A DNA stretch of 64,000 nucleotides from Octopus sinensis. Lineage: Eukaryota. The notes beneath the pieces were generated by a model that saw only the letters and a program-made list of their open reading frames with translations, searched no databases and was not told where the DNA came from. The DNA lies in NCBI RefSeq assembly GCF_006345805.1, contig NC_042997.1, forward strand, positions 8,618,001-8,682,000, in the 5' to 3' direction. Of the stretch, positions 36,799 to 50,035 are shown piece after piece. The number at the start of each line of letters is the position of its first letter. The first letter of the stretch is position 1. The position numbers were made by a program, and so were the translations under genes.

Positions 36799-38207
36799 AT
36801 GTGTGTGTGTGTGTGTTTTACTGTTTGTGTGTGTGTGTGTGTGTTTTACTGTTTGTGTGTGTGTGCATATGTGTGCCTATATATTCATGTGTTTGGAAAT
36901 ATGTCTGTGTCTACACTGCATAATTTCGTTGTTTTGTATTACATGTATGCTTATATGTATGTATAAAGAATAAAGAAAGAGAGAGCAGGAGTGAAAAGAA
37001 GAGAGAATTAAAGAGACATACTGACAGACAAACAGAATACTATATTCTCCATGACAAACTATAAACAAATGCCAGAAAAATTATAATATTGGTTATTTCC
37101 ACCAAACAGATGCTCCAATATTTTATGGCCAGGAATGAAATGTTGCAATGTCCAAGGTTTCCCCAATTGGTATAATCTGCATTAGTAAAATACTTTTTGC
37201 TTCAGCTATGAACACAATCCAAGCTCAATGATCTTGCTAACTTAATTCAATTTCATGATACTAGCTTGGAGAATTGGTAATATTAATATCTTTTCACCGA
37301 GCAAGAGAACCTGTAAGAAAAAAAATGCTAATATGAATAGCGTATCACTTAAAAATTTATCCCATAATGCAAGAACATATGTGATCAGTGCCATTGAGTT
37401 GAAAGGAAAATGGTCTAATTTGAATGAGAAAGCAGAAATAAATGCATGTGTGTCTGTTGTGTGTGTGTGTGTATGTGTGTATGTGTGCATGTAGGTGTGT
37501 GTGTGTGTGTTTTACTGTTTGTGTGTGTGTGTGTGTGTTTTACTGTTTGTGTGTGTGTGCATATGTGTGCCTATATATTCATGTGTTTGGAAATATGTCT
37601 GTGTCTACACTGCATAATTTCGTTGTTTTGTATTACATGTATGCTTATATGTATGTATAAAGAATAAAGAAAGAGAGAGCAGGAGTGAAAAGAAGAGAGA
37701 ATTAAAGAGACATACTGACAGACAAACAGAATACTATATTCTCCATGACAAACTATAAACAAATGCCAGAAAAATTATAATATTGGTTATTTCCACCAAA
37801 CAGATGCTCCAATATTTTATGGCCAGGAATGAAATGTTGCAATGTCCAAGGTTTCCCCAATTGGTATAATCTGCATTAGTAAAATACTTTTTGCTTCAGC
37901 TATGAACACAATCCAAGCTCAATGATCTTGCTAACTTAATTCAATTTCATGATACTAGCTTGGAGAATTGGTAATATTAATATCTTTTCACCGAGCAAGA
38001 GAACCTGTAAGAAAAAAAATGCTAATATGAATAGCGTATCACTTAAAAATTTATCCCATAATGCAAGAACATATGTGATCAGTGCCATTGAGTTGAAAGG
38101 AAAATGGTCTAATTTGAATGAGAAAGCAGAAATAAATGCATGTGTGTCTGTTGTGTGTGTGTGTGTATGTGTGTATGTGTGCATGTAGGTGTGTGTGTGT
38201 GTGTGTG
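36799..38207. repeat. 694-bp direct tandem duplication
   Basis: Identical ORFs offset by 694 bp (36877/37571, 37255/37949); junctions lie in (TG)n. Confidence 0.95.
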
Positions 38208-38451
38208 TAAGTGTGTGTCTCTCTTGATCTCTCTCTATGCATACATGTGAGTATGTGTGTCTTTGGGATGAATAAACAAAAGTACTCACAAGGTGTAAAC
38301 AGCTTATTTATTTCTTTGAAACTGACACTGTACTTCTTTGTTATTCTGAGTTTAGTATTTATCAGTTTATCATGAGAATTGATGTAGTACTAAAATATAT
38401 TTAGACAGCTTTGAATGTGTGAGTGTGTTTGTGTGTGCAGAGGGGTGGCTC

Positions 38452-38850
38452 ATAGGTGCAGGCATGGCTGTGTGGTAAATAGCTTGCTTACCAACCACAT
38501 GGTTCCAGGTTCAGTCCCACTGTGTCACACCTTCGACAAGTGTCTTCTACTATATTTGTGGGCCAACCAAAGCCTTGTGAATGGATATGGCAGACGGAAA
38601 CTAAAAGAAGCCCATCATATGTGTGTGAGTGTGTGCGTGTGTATGTGTGTGTGTGTGTGTTTGTGTGCCTGTGTTTGTCCCCCCCCATCACTTGACAACC
38701 AATGTCGGGGTGCTCACATCCCCGTAACATAGCGATAGAATAAGTACTAGGCTCACAAAGTATAAGTCCTAGGTTAACTTGTTCAACTAAAGGCGGTGCT
38801 CCAGCATGACAGCAGTCAAATGACTGACACAAATAACAGAATAAAAGAAT
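38452..38850 (+). mobile_element. SINE family A
   Basis: ggtgcaggcatggctgtgtggtaa..aaggcggtgctccagcatg. Confidence 0.88.
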
Positions 38851-38864
38851 ATATATATATATTT

Positions 38865-39255
38865 ATCATCACCATCATCATCATCATCATCACTGTCATT
38901 TAGCATCCATTTTCCATGCCGACATGGCTTGGACAGTTTGACTGGGACTTGGACAGTTTGACAGAGATCAGCAGCAGACTTGTCTGTTTCAATTTCGTAT
39001 CTATGACTGGATGCCCTTCCTAATGCCAACTACTCCACAGAGTGTACCATGTGCCATTTACATGTCACCAGCACTGGCCACAACTTAGCTTGATGTGTCT
39101 TCTCAAGCACAACAAATTACCAAACATTTTGGTCACTTGTCATTGCTTCTGAGAGTCTGTGAGATTCAACATCTGAAGATCATATTTCACCACCCCATCC
39201 CATGTCTTCCTGGGTCTACTTCTTCCACAAGTTCCCCGCTGAGTTAGAGATCAAC
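38865..39255 (-). mobile_element. RTE 3' end (related subfamily)
   Basis: (CAT)n, ggatgcccttcctaatgccaac, and a GRSRPRKTWDGVVK-like C-terminus on the minus strand. Confidence 0.8.
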
Positions 39256-39395
39256 ATACACACACACGCGCAGACACACACACACACACACATACAGACA
39301 CACTCACACACATTCTTTAAATACTTTAAATTGCTTCAGTTTTAAAGATGTGATCATGCTGGGGTACCATTGTGTTTTTCACCACCTGAAATGCA

Positions 39396-39435
<40 letters not shown>

Positions 39436-39459
39436 GTATGTATGTATGTATGTATGTAT

Positions 39460-39993
39460 TATGTCGGGTCACTCTCGAGTGCTACTGGTAACATGTAACC
39501 CAGTACAACCTGTTGCATGGTTGGGTCGTCAACGACTAAACCTGCATCCCCACCAAGCTTGCTTGGTGAGGGGGGTGTTTATTGGACACCGTCAAAGGGC
39601 GGAGGAACTCTTGAGAGTCAATGGTCATCCAATAAATATCTTAAGGCTGTATCATGCGCGAGGACATAGAAATAATCGGACTGAATACCCGACCACATGG
39701 TTAAACCATTGGGAGTGAAGGACTCCCAGCCTTTGTTAGGGCATCCCTCTAGGAGAAGGTAACTCAGGTAACTGGGATAACTCTGACATAAAACCTGCGG
39801 CTCAGTGGTTACCGATGATGTTGACTTGTTTTTCTTTTCGAATTATGGCTGCTGTTGCTTAGTGAGTGGGATTGACTCAGTGCACAGCCTTTCCTCAATT
39901 AAAAAAAAAATCTTCTTGCACAGGCATTGCACGATAACAACATTGATTAGGCTTCGTGCAATGGCCATACTCGATAACGAGGGGGGAGCCACC
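39460..39993 (+). mobile_element. Hairpin-rich non-coding retroelement-like insertion in (TATG)n
   Basis: GC-richer block between TATG arrays; many local inverted repeats; gggcatccctctaggagaagg resembles RTE-family 5'UTR motifs; strand inferred. Confidence 0.55.
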
Positions 39994-40619
39994 ATGTATG
40001 TATGTATGTATGTATGTGTGTATTTTTCTTCAAATATGCCTCAGCACATTTTGCTACTACAACCATGTTGAGAACAATGAAACTAGTAGCAGACAAAGCT
40101 ATAATATAATAGCATATAAATGTTATGTTAGAAAAGCCTTTGAATAGAAAAAGGTGAAGGCTGCCCAAGGCATTCTCAAAGCAGCCTTGCACATTTTCTT
40201 TGCAAAGAATATCAATATTTACAAGCTATTAATCACAGCTTTCTCTGCATTAAGTTTCACTGTTCCAAGTAAAGAATTATTTTACATATCCTTGAGGTAT
40301 ACTGGCAAAAATCAGGGTTTTATTTAGAAGTATATGGTTAACCATACACTCAATATATATACATTTTTATGATATCAACAGTTTTAAAAATATATAGAGA
40401 AATACAAAGGGTTGCTTGATCCAATAGTAGAAAGCCTGTTAAGTTTATAGAAACTATGGGCTTGTCACATGGGCAGTCTTAAAATTCTTCTATCAAAAGG
40501 GAGTTTTAACCCAATTTTTACTCACAATCATTTATAGTTTTATCTGCTTTAAATTTCACTGTTCCAAATCAATTATTTCACATTCTCTTAAAATTTATTA
40601 ATTCATATGATGTGAACAA

Positions 40620-40623
40620 TGTG

Positions 40624-40654
<31 letters not shown>

Positions 40655-40679
40655 TGTGTGTGTGTGTGTGTGGATAGAT

Positions 40680-40736
<57 letters not shown>
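40620..40736. repeat. (TG)n(GATA)n microsatellite
   Basis: Direct reading. Confidence 0.95.
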
Positions 40737-41375
40737 TGTTTCTTTATTAGCCAAACAGGGCTGAACATAGAGGGGACAAATTACAAAGTAGAGCTTTCCT
40801 TTTTGGGGAGAAAAAAATAAGAAAAGAAAATGAAAAATAAAAAATAAAAATGGGGTAGGTTTTCGATCAAAAGGGATTGTAAAAAGAAATAGGTAGATAG
40901 ATAGATAGATACATGGAGGAATAGATATACATATTTATATTAAGTGTTACCAACAAAACAGTATTAGTATTGAAAGGTAATCTTTATATACAGCTTAACA
41001 AGAATGTCTAATTAGAACACCAGATACTTCATTATTGGCCTCAAGAGATCTTCTCATATAGACACTTCATGCATAAAGACACACACACACAGATCATAGT
41101 AAATGAGAATCATCTATCATGGGCGGCGGAATCCTCATATTAAATGATTTCAATCAACTGGAAATCATCAATGAGAAGTGCCCAGTCGCTGCATACCAGG
41201 CAAATTTTGCTGCTGTGACATATAGCAGATCAGCATCTTTTCAAACATTGATGTCCCAAATAGTCAGCAGGTTTATTAAAAATTGATTATTAGTGACGGA
41301 AGCAGTATTCATACAAAGAGGTAATATTTATATCTAACTTAACTTAGATGTCTTGTTAGATTCCATCACTGATAA

Positions 41376-41937
41376 TCTATTATATAAAATCCATTTGTCT
41401 GTCTGTGTGTATGTCGTCTCGGATCTCAGGCATCCTCCATCCGATTGTGCTCGAATTTGATATGATATGTAGATACCGACAGTATCAAGGTGTGTATAAT
41501 TCTTGAAAAAATTACAAAAATGGATTCCAGGTAAGAATGCGATCGATAAAGCCGTTTTTGTCCTGCTTTTTTTCCTTCAACCTGTACATAACTGCACCTT
41601 CCATTTTTTGTTGTTTTTGTACTGCTTAAGGGCACGTTTCTTTTCTGCCAAGCTTACTGTTTAAACTATGTTTGTGTTCTCCCAGTCAACAGCCTTATCA
41701 TTACTGGTACTTTAAACAATTCGTTTGCATATTTGTGTGACTAAAATCGTTTTTCTTTGAAATAGAAAAAAGTCTATCTTTATTTCTTCTTTTGCTGATG
41801 TCTCAAATTTATGTTAAATCAGAGTTTCTCAAAGGGGAGGCCTATGGGGCGGTCAGACAAGTTGTTTTGAGAAAATTTGGTTTAAATGTTTGACAACTCA
41901 GCACCATCCATTGGACGGCGGGTGGGCGTTTTGCTCA
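41376..41937 (+). mobile_element. Probable non-autonomous Helitron (family H3)
   Basis: A|TCtattatataaaa start followed by gtctgtctgtgtg; GC hairpin ccatcc-att-ggacgg near the end; terminal CTAG decayed. Confidence 0.5.
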
Positions 41938-41941
41938 TTAA

Positions 41942-42157
41942 TCTACTATTATAATACTCTTGTGTTTTTCTCCATCACAACATATGAATGAGAAAAGAAG
42001 GAGTGATAGATGAATAAAGAAGGAAGGGGTGATGGCAAACTGGTAGTGGGAGTGTCATCTCTGTGTAAGTATATGTGTGTGTATGTAAAAGGGAGGTATG
42101 TGTGTGTATGTAAAAGGTGTGTATGTAAAAGGGAGGCATTTGTTCGTGCATTGTGCA

Positions 42158-42199
<42 letters not shown>

Positions 42200-42917
42200 T
42201 GCAATGGAAGTGGGACACACTACGAGCTGGCAGAAACGTTAGCACACCGGGCGAAATGTTTAGCGGTATTTCGTCTACCTCTACGTTCTGAGTTCAAATT
42301 CCACCAAGGTCAACTTTGCCTTTCATCCTTTCGGGGTCGATTAAATAAGTACCAGTTATGCACTTGGATCGATATAATTGACTTAATCCGTTTGTTTGTC
42401 CTTGTTTGTCTCCTCTGTCTTTAGCCCCTTGTGGGCAATAAAGAAGTTGGAAGTGGGACATTCAACGCTGAAAAGAAAAATCAAAGCGTTTCAACTCTGT
42501 GTGAGTATATGTGTGTATTTATAAGAAAAGTATGTGAATGTTTGTATGTGTGAACTGGTGCTCTTTCAGTAACAAATGATGACCGATGTCACATCTCAAA
42601 AGACAACCACTAGGTAACATTGACAAGTGTATTAATTTGATTTACCATCCATATTTATATATAAACTACAACAATTAGCCGTCGTTTTTGATAGCACGTG
42701 ACCAACTTGTTATTAATAATCCCAATGGTAATTTGTGACAGTACAATAAACAAATATAGGCATAAGACAAGTTCTCAGACTGACTTAAACCAGACTTTGA
42801 AGAGTGAGCGCATGTCATTAATAAGGTTGCAAAAAGCAACGAAAAGACTCTAAGAGAGAAAACTAACAAACAATTGATAGTTCAATTAACACATTAAACA
42901 AACCATTGGGTAGTTAG
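41942..42917 (+). mobile_element. Possible second Helitron abutting H3
   Basis: A|TCtactattataata start; end uncertain (ttag at 42914-42917). Confidence 0.3.
42222..42446 (+). mobile_element. SINE family B
   Basis: Body match; ggaagtgggaca duplicated at 42206 and 42449. Confidence 0.9.
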
Positions 42918-43074
42918 TTGGCAAAATAGAGAAGAGTTGTTGAAGCAGTGTGTGTGTTTATTTTGATTATGATTGGTATAACGACCCTTCCTAGACACAA
43001 GATTTGTTTCAACATACAAATTTGAAACAAGAATGCTGCAAACCAATACACAAATGCATATATATATATATATA

Positions 43075-43385
43075 TCATTACCATCATCATCATCATCATC
43101 ATCGTTTAACGTCTGTTTTCCATGCTAGCATGGGTTGGACGGTTCGACCTGGGTCTGGGAAGTCAGGAGGTTGCACCAGGCTCCAGTCTGATCTGGCAGT
43201 GTTTCTACAGCTGGATGCCCTTCCTAATGCCAACCACTCCGTGAGTGTAGTGGGTGTTTTTTACGTGTCACCGGCACAGGGGCCAGAGGGGGCTGGCAAA
43301 CGGCCATGATCAGTTGGTTCTTTTATGTGTCACCAACAGGGACGCCAGTCAGGCGGCGCTGGCACCTGCCATCTTCGGCATGTTC
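43075..43385 (-). mobile_element. RTE 3'UTR fragment
   Basis: Closely similar to 2858-3170. Confidence 0.88.
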
Positions 43386-43424
43386 AACATTTATTTCCCC
43401 ATTTTATATGGATATCATTTATCT

Positions 43425-43695
43425 TTTACCTTTTACTTGTCACAGTCATTAAACTGTGGCCAGGCTGGGGCACTGCATTGAAGAATTTTTAGCCAAATGG
43501 ATCGACTCTGGTACTTATTTTTTTAAAGTCTACCCAACTGCTAAATTACGGGGTATGTAAACTAACCAACATCACCTTTCAAGCAGTGGTGATGGACAAA
43601 CGCAGACACAGACATGCACACACACATGCACACACACATACACACACACACGCACACACACACACACATGATGGGCTTCTTTCAGTTTCCATCTA
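43425..43695 (-). mobile_element. SINE A 3' half (diverged)
   Basis: ttttacttg..cagtcatt..actgtggcca..gatgggcttctttcagtttcc. Confidence 0.75.
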
Positions 43696-44084
43696 TTTTG
43701 AACCCTGTAGACTTCTTCATACGCATCACATATTCATTACAGCAGCAAGTACACTCTTATATGTAGAAGCTGAGTGAGAAATAAAAACAGGTAGAATGAG
43801 ATGTTTATAAAGCAAAAAAGAAAAAAGACTAAATTGAACAAACAAAATGTAAGGAACAAAATAAAAGTAAAATGAATAAAAATTAAAAACCAATTGTTCT
43901 CATGCTGCACCATAATTAAAGTATGAAGATTTAGCTAATAAACTATTGCACAATTTGGGGCTAATGGAATAATTAAGAAACAAAACTTGGTATTTGAAAC
44001 AGTTTTAGTAAAGGTCAAAACAGCTATCTCTTTCTCTCCCTCAAACTTAATTATCTACATATATATCATGTCTGCATATATATA

Positions 44085-44245
44085 TAAAAGATATATATAT
44101 ATATATGGATATATATGTATATGGGAGTGTAGGTGCATGTATGTATATTATATATATTATATATGTGTGTGTGTGTGTGTAGGTGTGGGTGTATATATAA
44201 ATGTATGACTTCATCTGACTGCATCTATATAAGTATATTATATGT

Positions 44246-44286
<41 letters not shown>

Positions 44287-44355
44287 TATATATATATATG
44301 CACATATGTATATGCATGTATATATATATTTATATGTATGTGTGTATATACATAT

Positions 44356-44388
<33 letters not shown>

Positions 44389-44596
44389 TGCATATAAATA
44401 TATATACAGACATATACATATGAGCATATATATATATGTATGCACAAATATGTGCATGTATATATATATATATGCATATATGTATGTATGTTTATATATA
44501 TATACATGTGTGTGTGTGCATGCTTGCATGTGTACGCACGTGTGTGTGTGTATGAGAGAGAGAGAGAGCATGTGTAGACATGCATATATGCACACA

Positions 44597-44625
<29 letters not shown>
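44085..44625. repeat. Long compound TA/CA/TG microsatellite
   Basis: Direct reading. Confidence 0.92.
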
Positions 44626-44627
<2 letters not shown>

Positions 44628-45502
44628 TCCACTTGGTAATACAGGTGCTGTTAGATGAAATGAATGATGATGATCATATTATATACAACTTATGTTATGT
44701 TTATCTGTTGTGGCTGACAGCTGGTTTAACGTAATTATTGCAGTAGGAGTGACTGAAAGTGAAGAGGTGTTGCCAAGAGTTTGTTGTATATATACATTCA
44801 TTAGTCTAGTGATCAACAAGATTATGAATGAATATGTATAGATAAAGTAAGAGCGTATGTATATTAATAACAAGAAAAGGTAAAGAAGACTAAATTATGG
44901 GAATCAAGTTAGATTGGAATCATTCCCAAGATAGGATTGCCTGAAATAGATTATTGAAGATAAATCCATCAGAAATATGGAAATAGAATGTCCAAATGAG
45001 TATTTTAGGTTTTGGTTCAATCTAAGTTTCCATTGAAAACTCTAGGGATTCTTCATAGCTTAATTTCCAAGATTTTCTATTGCTAAAGCAATTCTAAATA
45101 TCCAGACTATTCTGCTACCCATATGTCTGTAGCAGAGTAATTAAGAGAATTATATATTTATTCCACTAGAAATAATAATATTAAATTCTACCTATCAAAA
45201 GGATATGTGTATATGTAGAGAAATAATGAAGAGAACTGAAAAATAGACCTGTTGCAGTATAGTGCAGAACATAGAGCCTCACAAAATGAAGTAAAGCAGA
45301 GGAATCATTTTATATTGTAATTATTATATGGCTGTGAAGATACAGACTTTGCTCTATAGCTACTAGGTCCCATCCCACTGTCCAGCACCTTGGAAAACCA
45401 TCTACTTTAGACTTGGGCAGATTAATGGTTTGTCAGTAAAATTGGTGAACTCTTTGGAAGCCAACAGTGTCACCCTCGCTCTTTCTGTGAGTGTATATAT
45501 AC

Positions 45503-45549
<47 letters not shown>

Positions 45550-45687
45550 CATACAATATTAGATATGTACATATATACATATCTAATATTGTATGTATAT
45601 ATTTTATTAATTTGCCTGTATGACTGATAATTCGCTTACCACTTGTGATGGTATTTTAATAATACCATCCCTATATCTATATATATG

Positions 45688-45721
<34 letters not shown>

Positions 45722-45729
45722 CATACATA

Positions 45730-45905
45730 CAACAGAGTACTGAAAAGTTCCTAGCTTTGGGTAAAAGAAAATACAGGAGGATTGGTTAATTTTGATTGTA
45801 TTCAACATATTCCCCTCTCAGATTCACACATGTTGCAGTAGTTCTTCAGTTTTACTAAGCCTTTCTCGATACGCTTAAAGCCAGAAACTTTACAGCACCC
45901 CCTTG
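45730..45905. mobile_element. Mariner-type MITE
   Basis: Imperfect TIRs gagtactgaaaagttcctagcttt / aaagccagaaactttacagcaccc; TA flanks. Confidence 0.7.
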
Positions 45906-45989
45906 TATATATAATGGTTGAGAGCCCCAAAGGCAAACAAAGCCACTACTTTTCACCACATACTGTAGTCTCCACTCCTCTCAAAGTAT

Positions 45990-46295
45990 CTTTGTGTTGC
46001 AAGTTACTTGGTGACCCTGACAGTGCTGGTGCCACGTAAGAAGCAGTCAGTCCACACTGTAAAGTGGTTGGCATTTGGAAGAGTATCCAGCTGTAAAAAC
46101 CATGCCAAAACTGATCTCACCTGTGCCATGTAAAAGCACCCAGTTCACTTTACAGGGTGGCTGATGTTAGAAAGGGCATCCAGCCATATAAACCTTGCAA
46201 AAACAGACACTGCACCCTGGGGAAGTCTTCTGCCTGGCCAGCTTCTGTCATACCATAAAACCCATGTCTGTATGGAAGGTGGACGTCAAAGGATG
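45990..46295 (+). mobile_element. RTE-tailed repeat fragment with internal duplication
   Basis: Two copies of gtgcca(c/t)gtaa..gca..cagt..cac..gtgg(t/c)tg..ga(a)g(g/a)..atccagc; ends ggacgtcaaaggatgat. Confidence 0.65.
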
Positions 46296-47809
46296 ATATA
46301 TAATCACACACACACACACACACATATACACACGTACACATACACACATATTTTGGTTATTTTTTCAGGGCCAACTGAAAATCTCTGTGCATACAACATT
46401 GAGGACTGACCACTTGGAAAATGGGCAACAAGGACTGAAAAGGGAGGGCTCTGCTGGAGTGTGGAGCATGCAACTTCATCACCAGACTGCAGTAAGTGGC
46501 GAGGAGTGGTGGCTGTGTTTGCATTTGAGGCTGTCAATCCTCATCCGAGAGAATGGACATACTTATTCATTCATTAATGCATGTATATATGTTTGCATAT
46601 ATATGTATGTCCGTATGAATGGTTACGTTCCATGTCTTCACATGAAAATATTGAATGCAAATCAAAAAATAAACAACATTTTTGGCATTCCCTAACAGCA
46701 AACCATTCTCTAGCTTAATATTGCTGTTATGTATTGTGATATATTGCATCGCATAAAATGAAATTAATTACTTATTATGATGGCTATTTATTAATTTGAT
46801 TATTATATGAGTCATTACAGTCTAGAAATTAGTCTTCTTCAATAGTTTGTATGTATAGCTTGTTTGTTGTAATAAAAAAATTGTTTTTACTTTCATGTCA
46901 ATTGTGCATGGTAGCTGGCTTCATCTATGAGTTACTACTGAAGCAAGATAGAGTAATAAAGTCTAGGTATGTAGGAGGGGTAATAAATCTACTTTCACAC
47001 TTTGATCAGCATACTGAGAGTTGCTTTTTGACCAGAGACTGGTCAAGCAAAGGAGAAAGAAAGCTATTTGGCTTCACATATTTATGTTTTTGTAACTAAA
47101 TTAGGTCAAGCAAAAATAAAGGATATTTTCTCTTTAATCAGCTTTGACCAATGAATGCTTCAAGAAAGATCAAGAGGTCAGCTTATTCTTGTAAATTTCT
47201 TAGTGCAATAGACAAAAACAATAGGCTGATGGCATTTAGAAATATGTGGATTGGGTTTCAAATTCTAGCTTAAATGGTTGGCCACTGTGCACTACTCCCA
47301 GTACCTTTAAAGACAAGTGGAATAAAAAAATTTCTTAATTGAAAATCAGGCATGAGTTGATGAAAAAAATTAGTATCCAGCTGTAAATAATGCAATACCC
47401 TAATAATATTTATTCATCTAACCCATACTAAAGTTGTGCACTGTGGTGGAGATCACCTGCCCAGCAGATGTGAATATCTTCAGAAACTGAAAGAAAGAAG
47501 AATATCTATGAAGAACTAATAAAAAACCTACAGCTCTTATATTCAGGTTATAGATTTCGTTTGTTCTTATTGTCATAGGTGCAATAGGCTTACATAACAA
47601 CAAATCATTATAAAAATTTTGAATGGTTTGGTTCACCAAATGTGAACAGAGCAGACTGATTTGCATTTTTTAAATAAAATCAATAAGACAAAGAGTGAAA
47701 ATTTGTCTCAAACATTTCAGGGAATTTCCATTTGAGGTTCTTGGGTAAACATATTTGCTCAATCATATCTACATATCGAATATATATGTATGTATGTATG
47801 TATGACCTA

Positions 47810-47980
47810 GGCGCAGGAGTGGCTGTGTGGTAAGTAGCTTGCTAACCAACCACATGGTTGCGGGTTCAGTCCCACTGCGTGGCATCTTGGGCAAGTGTCT
47901 TCTGCTATAGCCCCGGGCCGACCAATGCCTTGTGAGTGGATTTGGTAGACGGAAACTGAAAGAAGCCTGTCGTATATATG

Positions 47981-48011
<31 letters not shown>

Positions 48012-48168
48012 TTGTCCCCCTAGCATTGCTTGACAACCGATGCTGGTGTGTTTACGTCCCCGTCACTTAGCGGTTCGGCAAAAAAGAGACCGATAGAATA
48101 AGTACTAAAGGCGGTGCTCCAGCATGGCCGCAGTCAAAATGACTGAAACAAGTAAAAGAGTAAAAGAG
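47810..48168 (+). mobile_element. SINE family A, young copy
   Basis: Closely matches the 10451 copy; internal deletion at acta microhomology. Confidence 0.92.
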
Positions 48169-48679
48169 TATGTATGTATGTATGTATGTATGTATGTATG
48201 TATATGTATATGTATGTATGTATGTATATGTGTGTGTGTGTGTGTATGCATGCACACTTGAAAATAATAATAAAACAAACATGCTTGTGTTTTATCATGA
48301 CAAACACAACCTCACCTCCAAGCTTATTCATATACAGATGCACATACACATTTATGGATACATCAGTCAATCCAGGTGATCACTAGCCTCCAAAGCTGTC
48401 TTGATTTAAACAAAAGGGCCTTGCAACTTTGTTAGGAACTGGCATGTATTCTGCTAATGAAAAACACTTAAAGTAAATCCCCCACAAAAATATACATACA
48501 AGCATACACTGGTAGACAAACTGATGGATGGTTGGATAGATGGACAACTTGATGGATAGATGAATGGAAAGAAGGATTGACAGATGGACGGACAGACAGA
48601 CTGACAGATAGATAGAAAGAAAAATAGATGTATATATTCATTTCTAAAATGGAAATTGTGGCTTTCTCAAGGACATTAA

Positions 48680-49301
48680 CCTTTTAGCGTGGAGGCGCAA
48701 TGGCCCAGGGGTTAGGGCAGCGGACTCGCGGTCGTAGGATCGCGGTTTCGATTCCCAGACCGAGCATTGTGAGTGTTTATTGAGCGAAAACACCTAAAAG
48801 CTCGACGAGGCTCTGGCAGGGATGATGGTGATCCCTGCTGTACTCTTTCACCACAACTTTCTCTCACTCTTACTTCCTGTTTCTGTTGTACCTGTATTTC
48901 AAAGGGCCGGCCTTGTCACTCTCTGTGTCACGCTGAATATCTCGGAGAACTACGTTAAGGGTACACGTGTCTGTGGGGTGCTCAGCCACTTACACGTTAA
49001 TTTCACGAGCAGGCTGTTCCGTTGATCGGATCAACCGGAAACCTCGTCGTTGTAACCGACGGAGTGCTTCCATCCAACCTTTTAGCATTTAAACCAACCA
49101 CATCCAGCTAAAATATTCTACCAGTTTTACGTTCAAACTGGTCAGGTCCGGATTCTCACATCTACCTTATAATGTCATTCTAAAAAAAAATCGATCACAT
49201 CATCAAAATCCTAAAGCTACAAAATATAACTCATGATTAATTCAAAACATTGTGAATAAACAAGCATTACATTTGATAGAGTTTATTTGAATGCTAAAGG
49301 G
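48680..49301. mobile_element. TTAA-flanked MITE (piggyBac-like) carrying a SINE
   Basis: TTAA-ccttttagc(att)...aatgctaaaggg-TTAA. Confidence 0.8.
48689..49075 (+). mobile_element. SINE family D (tRNA-like head, tail type 1)
   Basis: gtggaggcgcaatggcccag..ggttagggcagcggactcgcggtc..ggtttcgattcc; TSD aaccttttagc at 48678 and 49076. Confidence 0.9.
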
Positions 49302-49839
49302 TTAATGATATACTTTTTACCAATGTGTAATGAATATCTTCTTCCAAACAATGTTACTTAGATAGAACTAAACTAGAATCTAAAGTTTACAACAAATATT
49401 GTTGTTGTAGTTGTTTTTCTATACTTGGTATTATTGAAAGTATTAGAGTCAGGTATTTAACTTTTAGTAGTCTTGCCAAGTTATTGATCTCTTGAGTACA
49501 AAACACTGCAATAGTTTTACCATTACTTACACCTAACCAATAGAAGAACTCAAACACAATACTGCAAGCTATTATAACATTCATTAATTATAAAATGCTA
49601 AAGCGATAGGTGGTCTCCTTACACAGTAAGCTTTATGCAGCTAGTTGAGCTGAACCTGTGGGAATTAAAAATATTGGCCATGGACACAGAGCTACATTTG
49701 AGATACATACCGTTAACTCATTCAGCTTGTAATCTTGCATACTGATATCTGTCTAAAACTTCTTCAGCTTCCACAGCAAATACATCTTAAGATGTATAAA
49801 TCCTATAAATGAAGATTTCTTTTCCCAAATATATACGTT

Positions 49840-50004
49840 AGGTGCAGGCATGGCTGTGTGGTAAGAAGTTTGCTTTTCAACCACATGTTTCTGGGTTCAG
49901 TCCCACTGTGTGGTACCTTGTGCAAGTGTTTTCTACTATTACCTCAGGCTGATCAAAGTCTTGTGAGTGGATTTGGTAGACAGAAACTGAAAAGAAGCCT
50001 CTGA

Positions 50005-50035
<31 letters not shown>

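Noticed and set aside
41119-41286. 55-codon ATG ORF (MGGGILILNDF...)
   Set aside because: Short, no homology recognised and no supporting gene structure.
48689-48762. tRNA gene-like sequence
   Set aside because: It continues into a SINE body with a TSD and lacks a complete acceptor stem and terminator.
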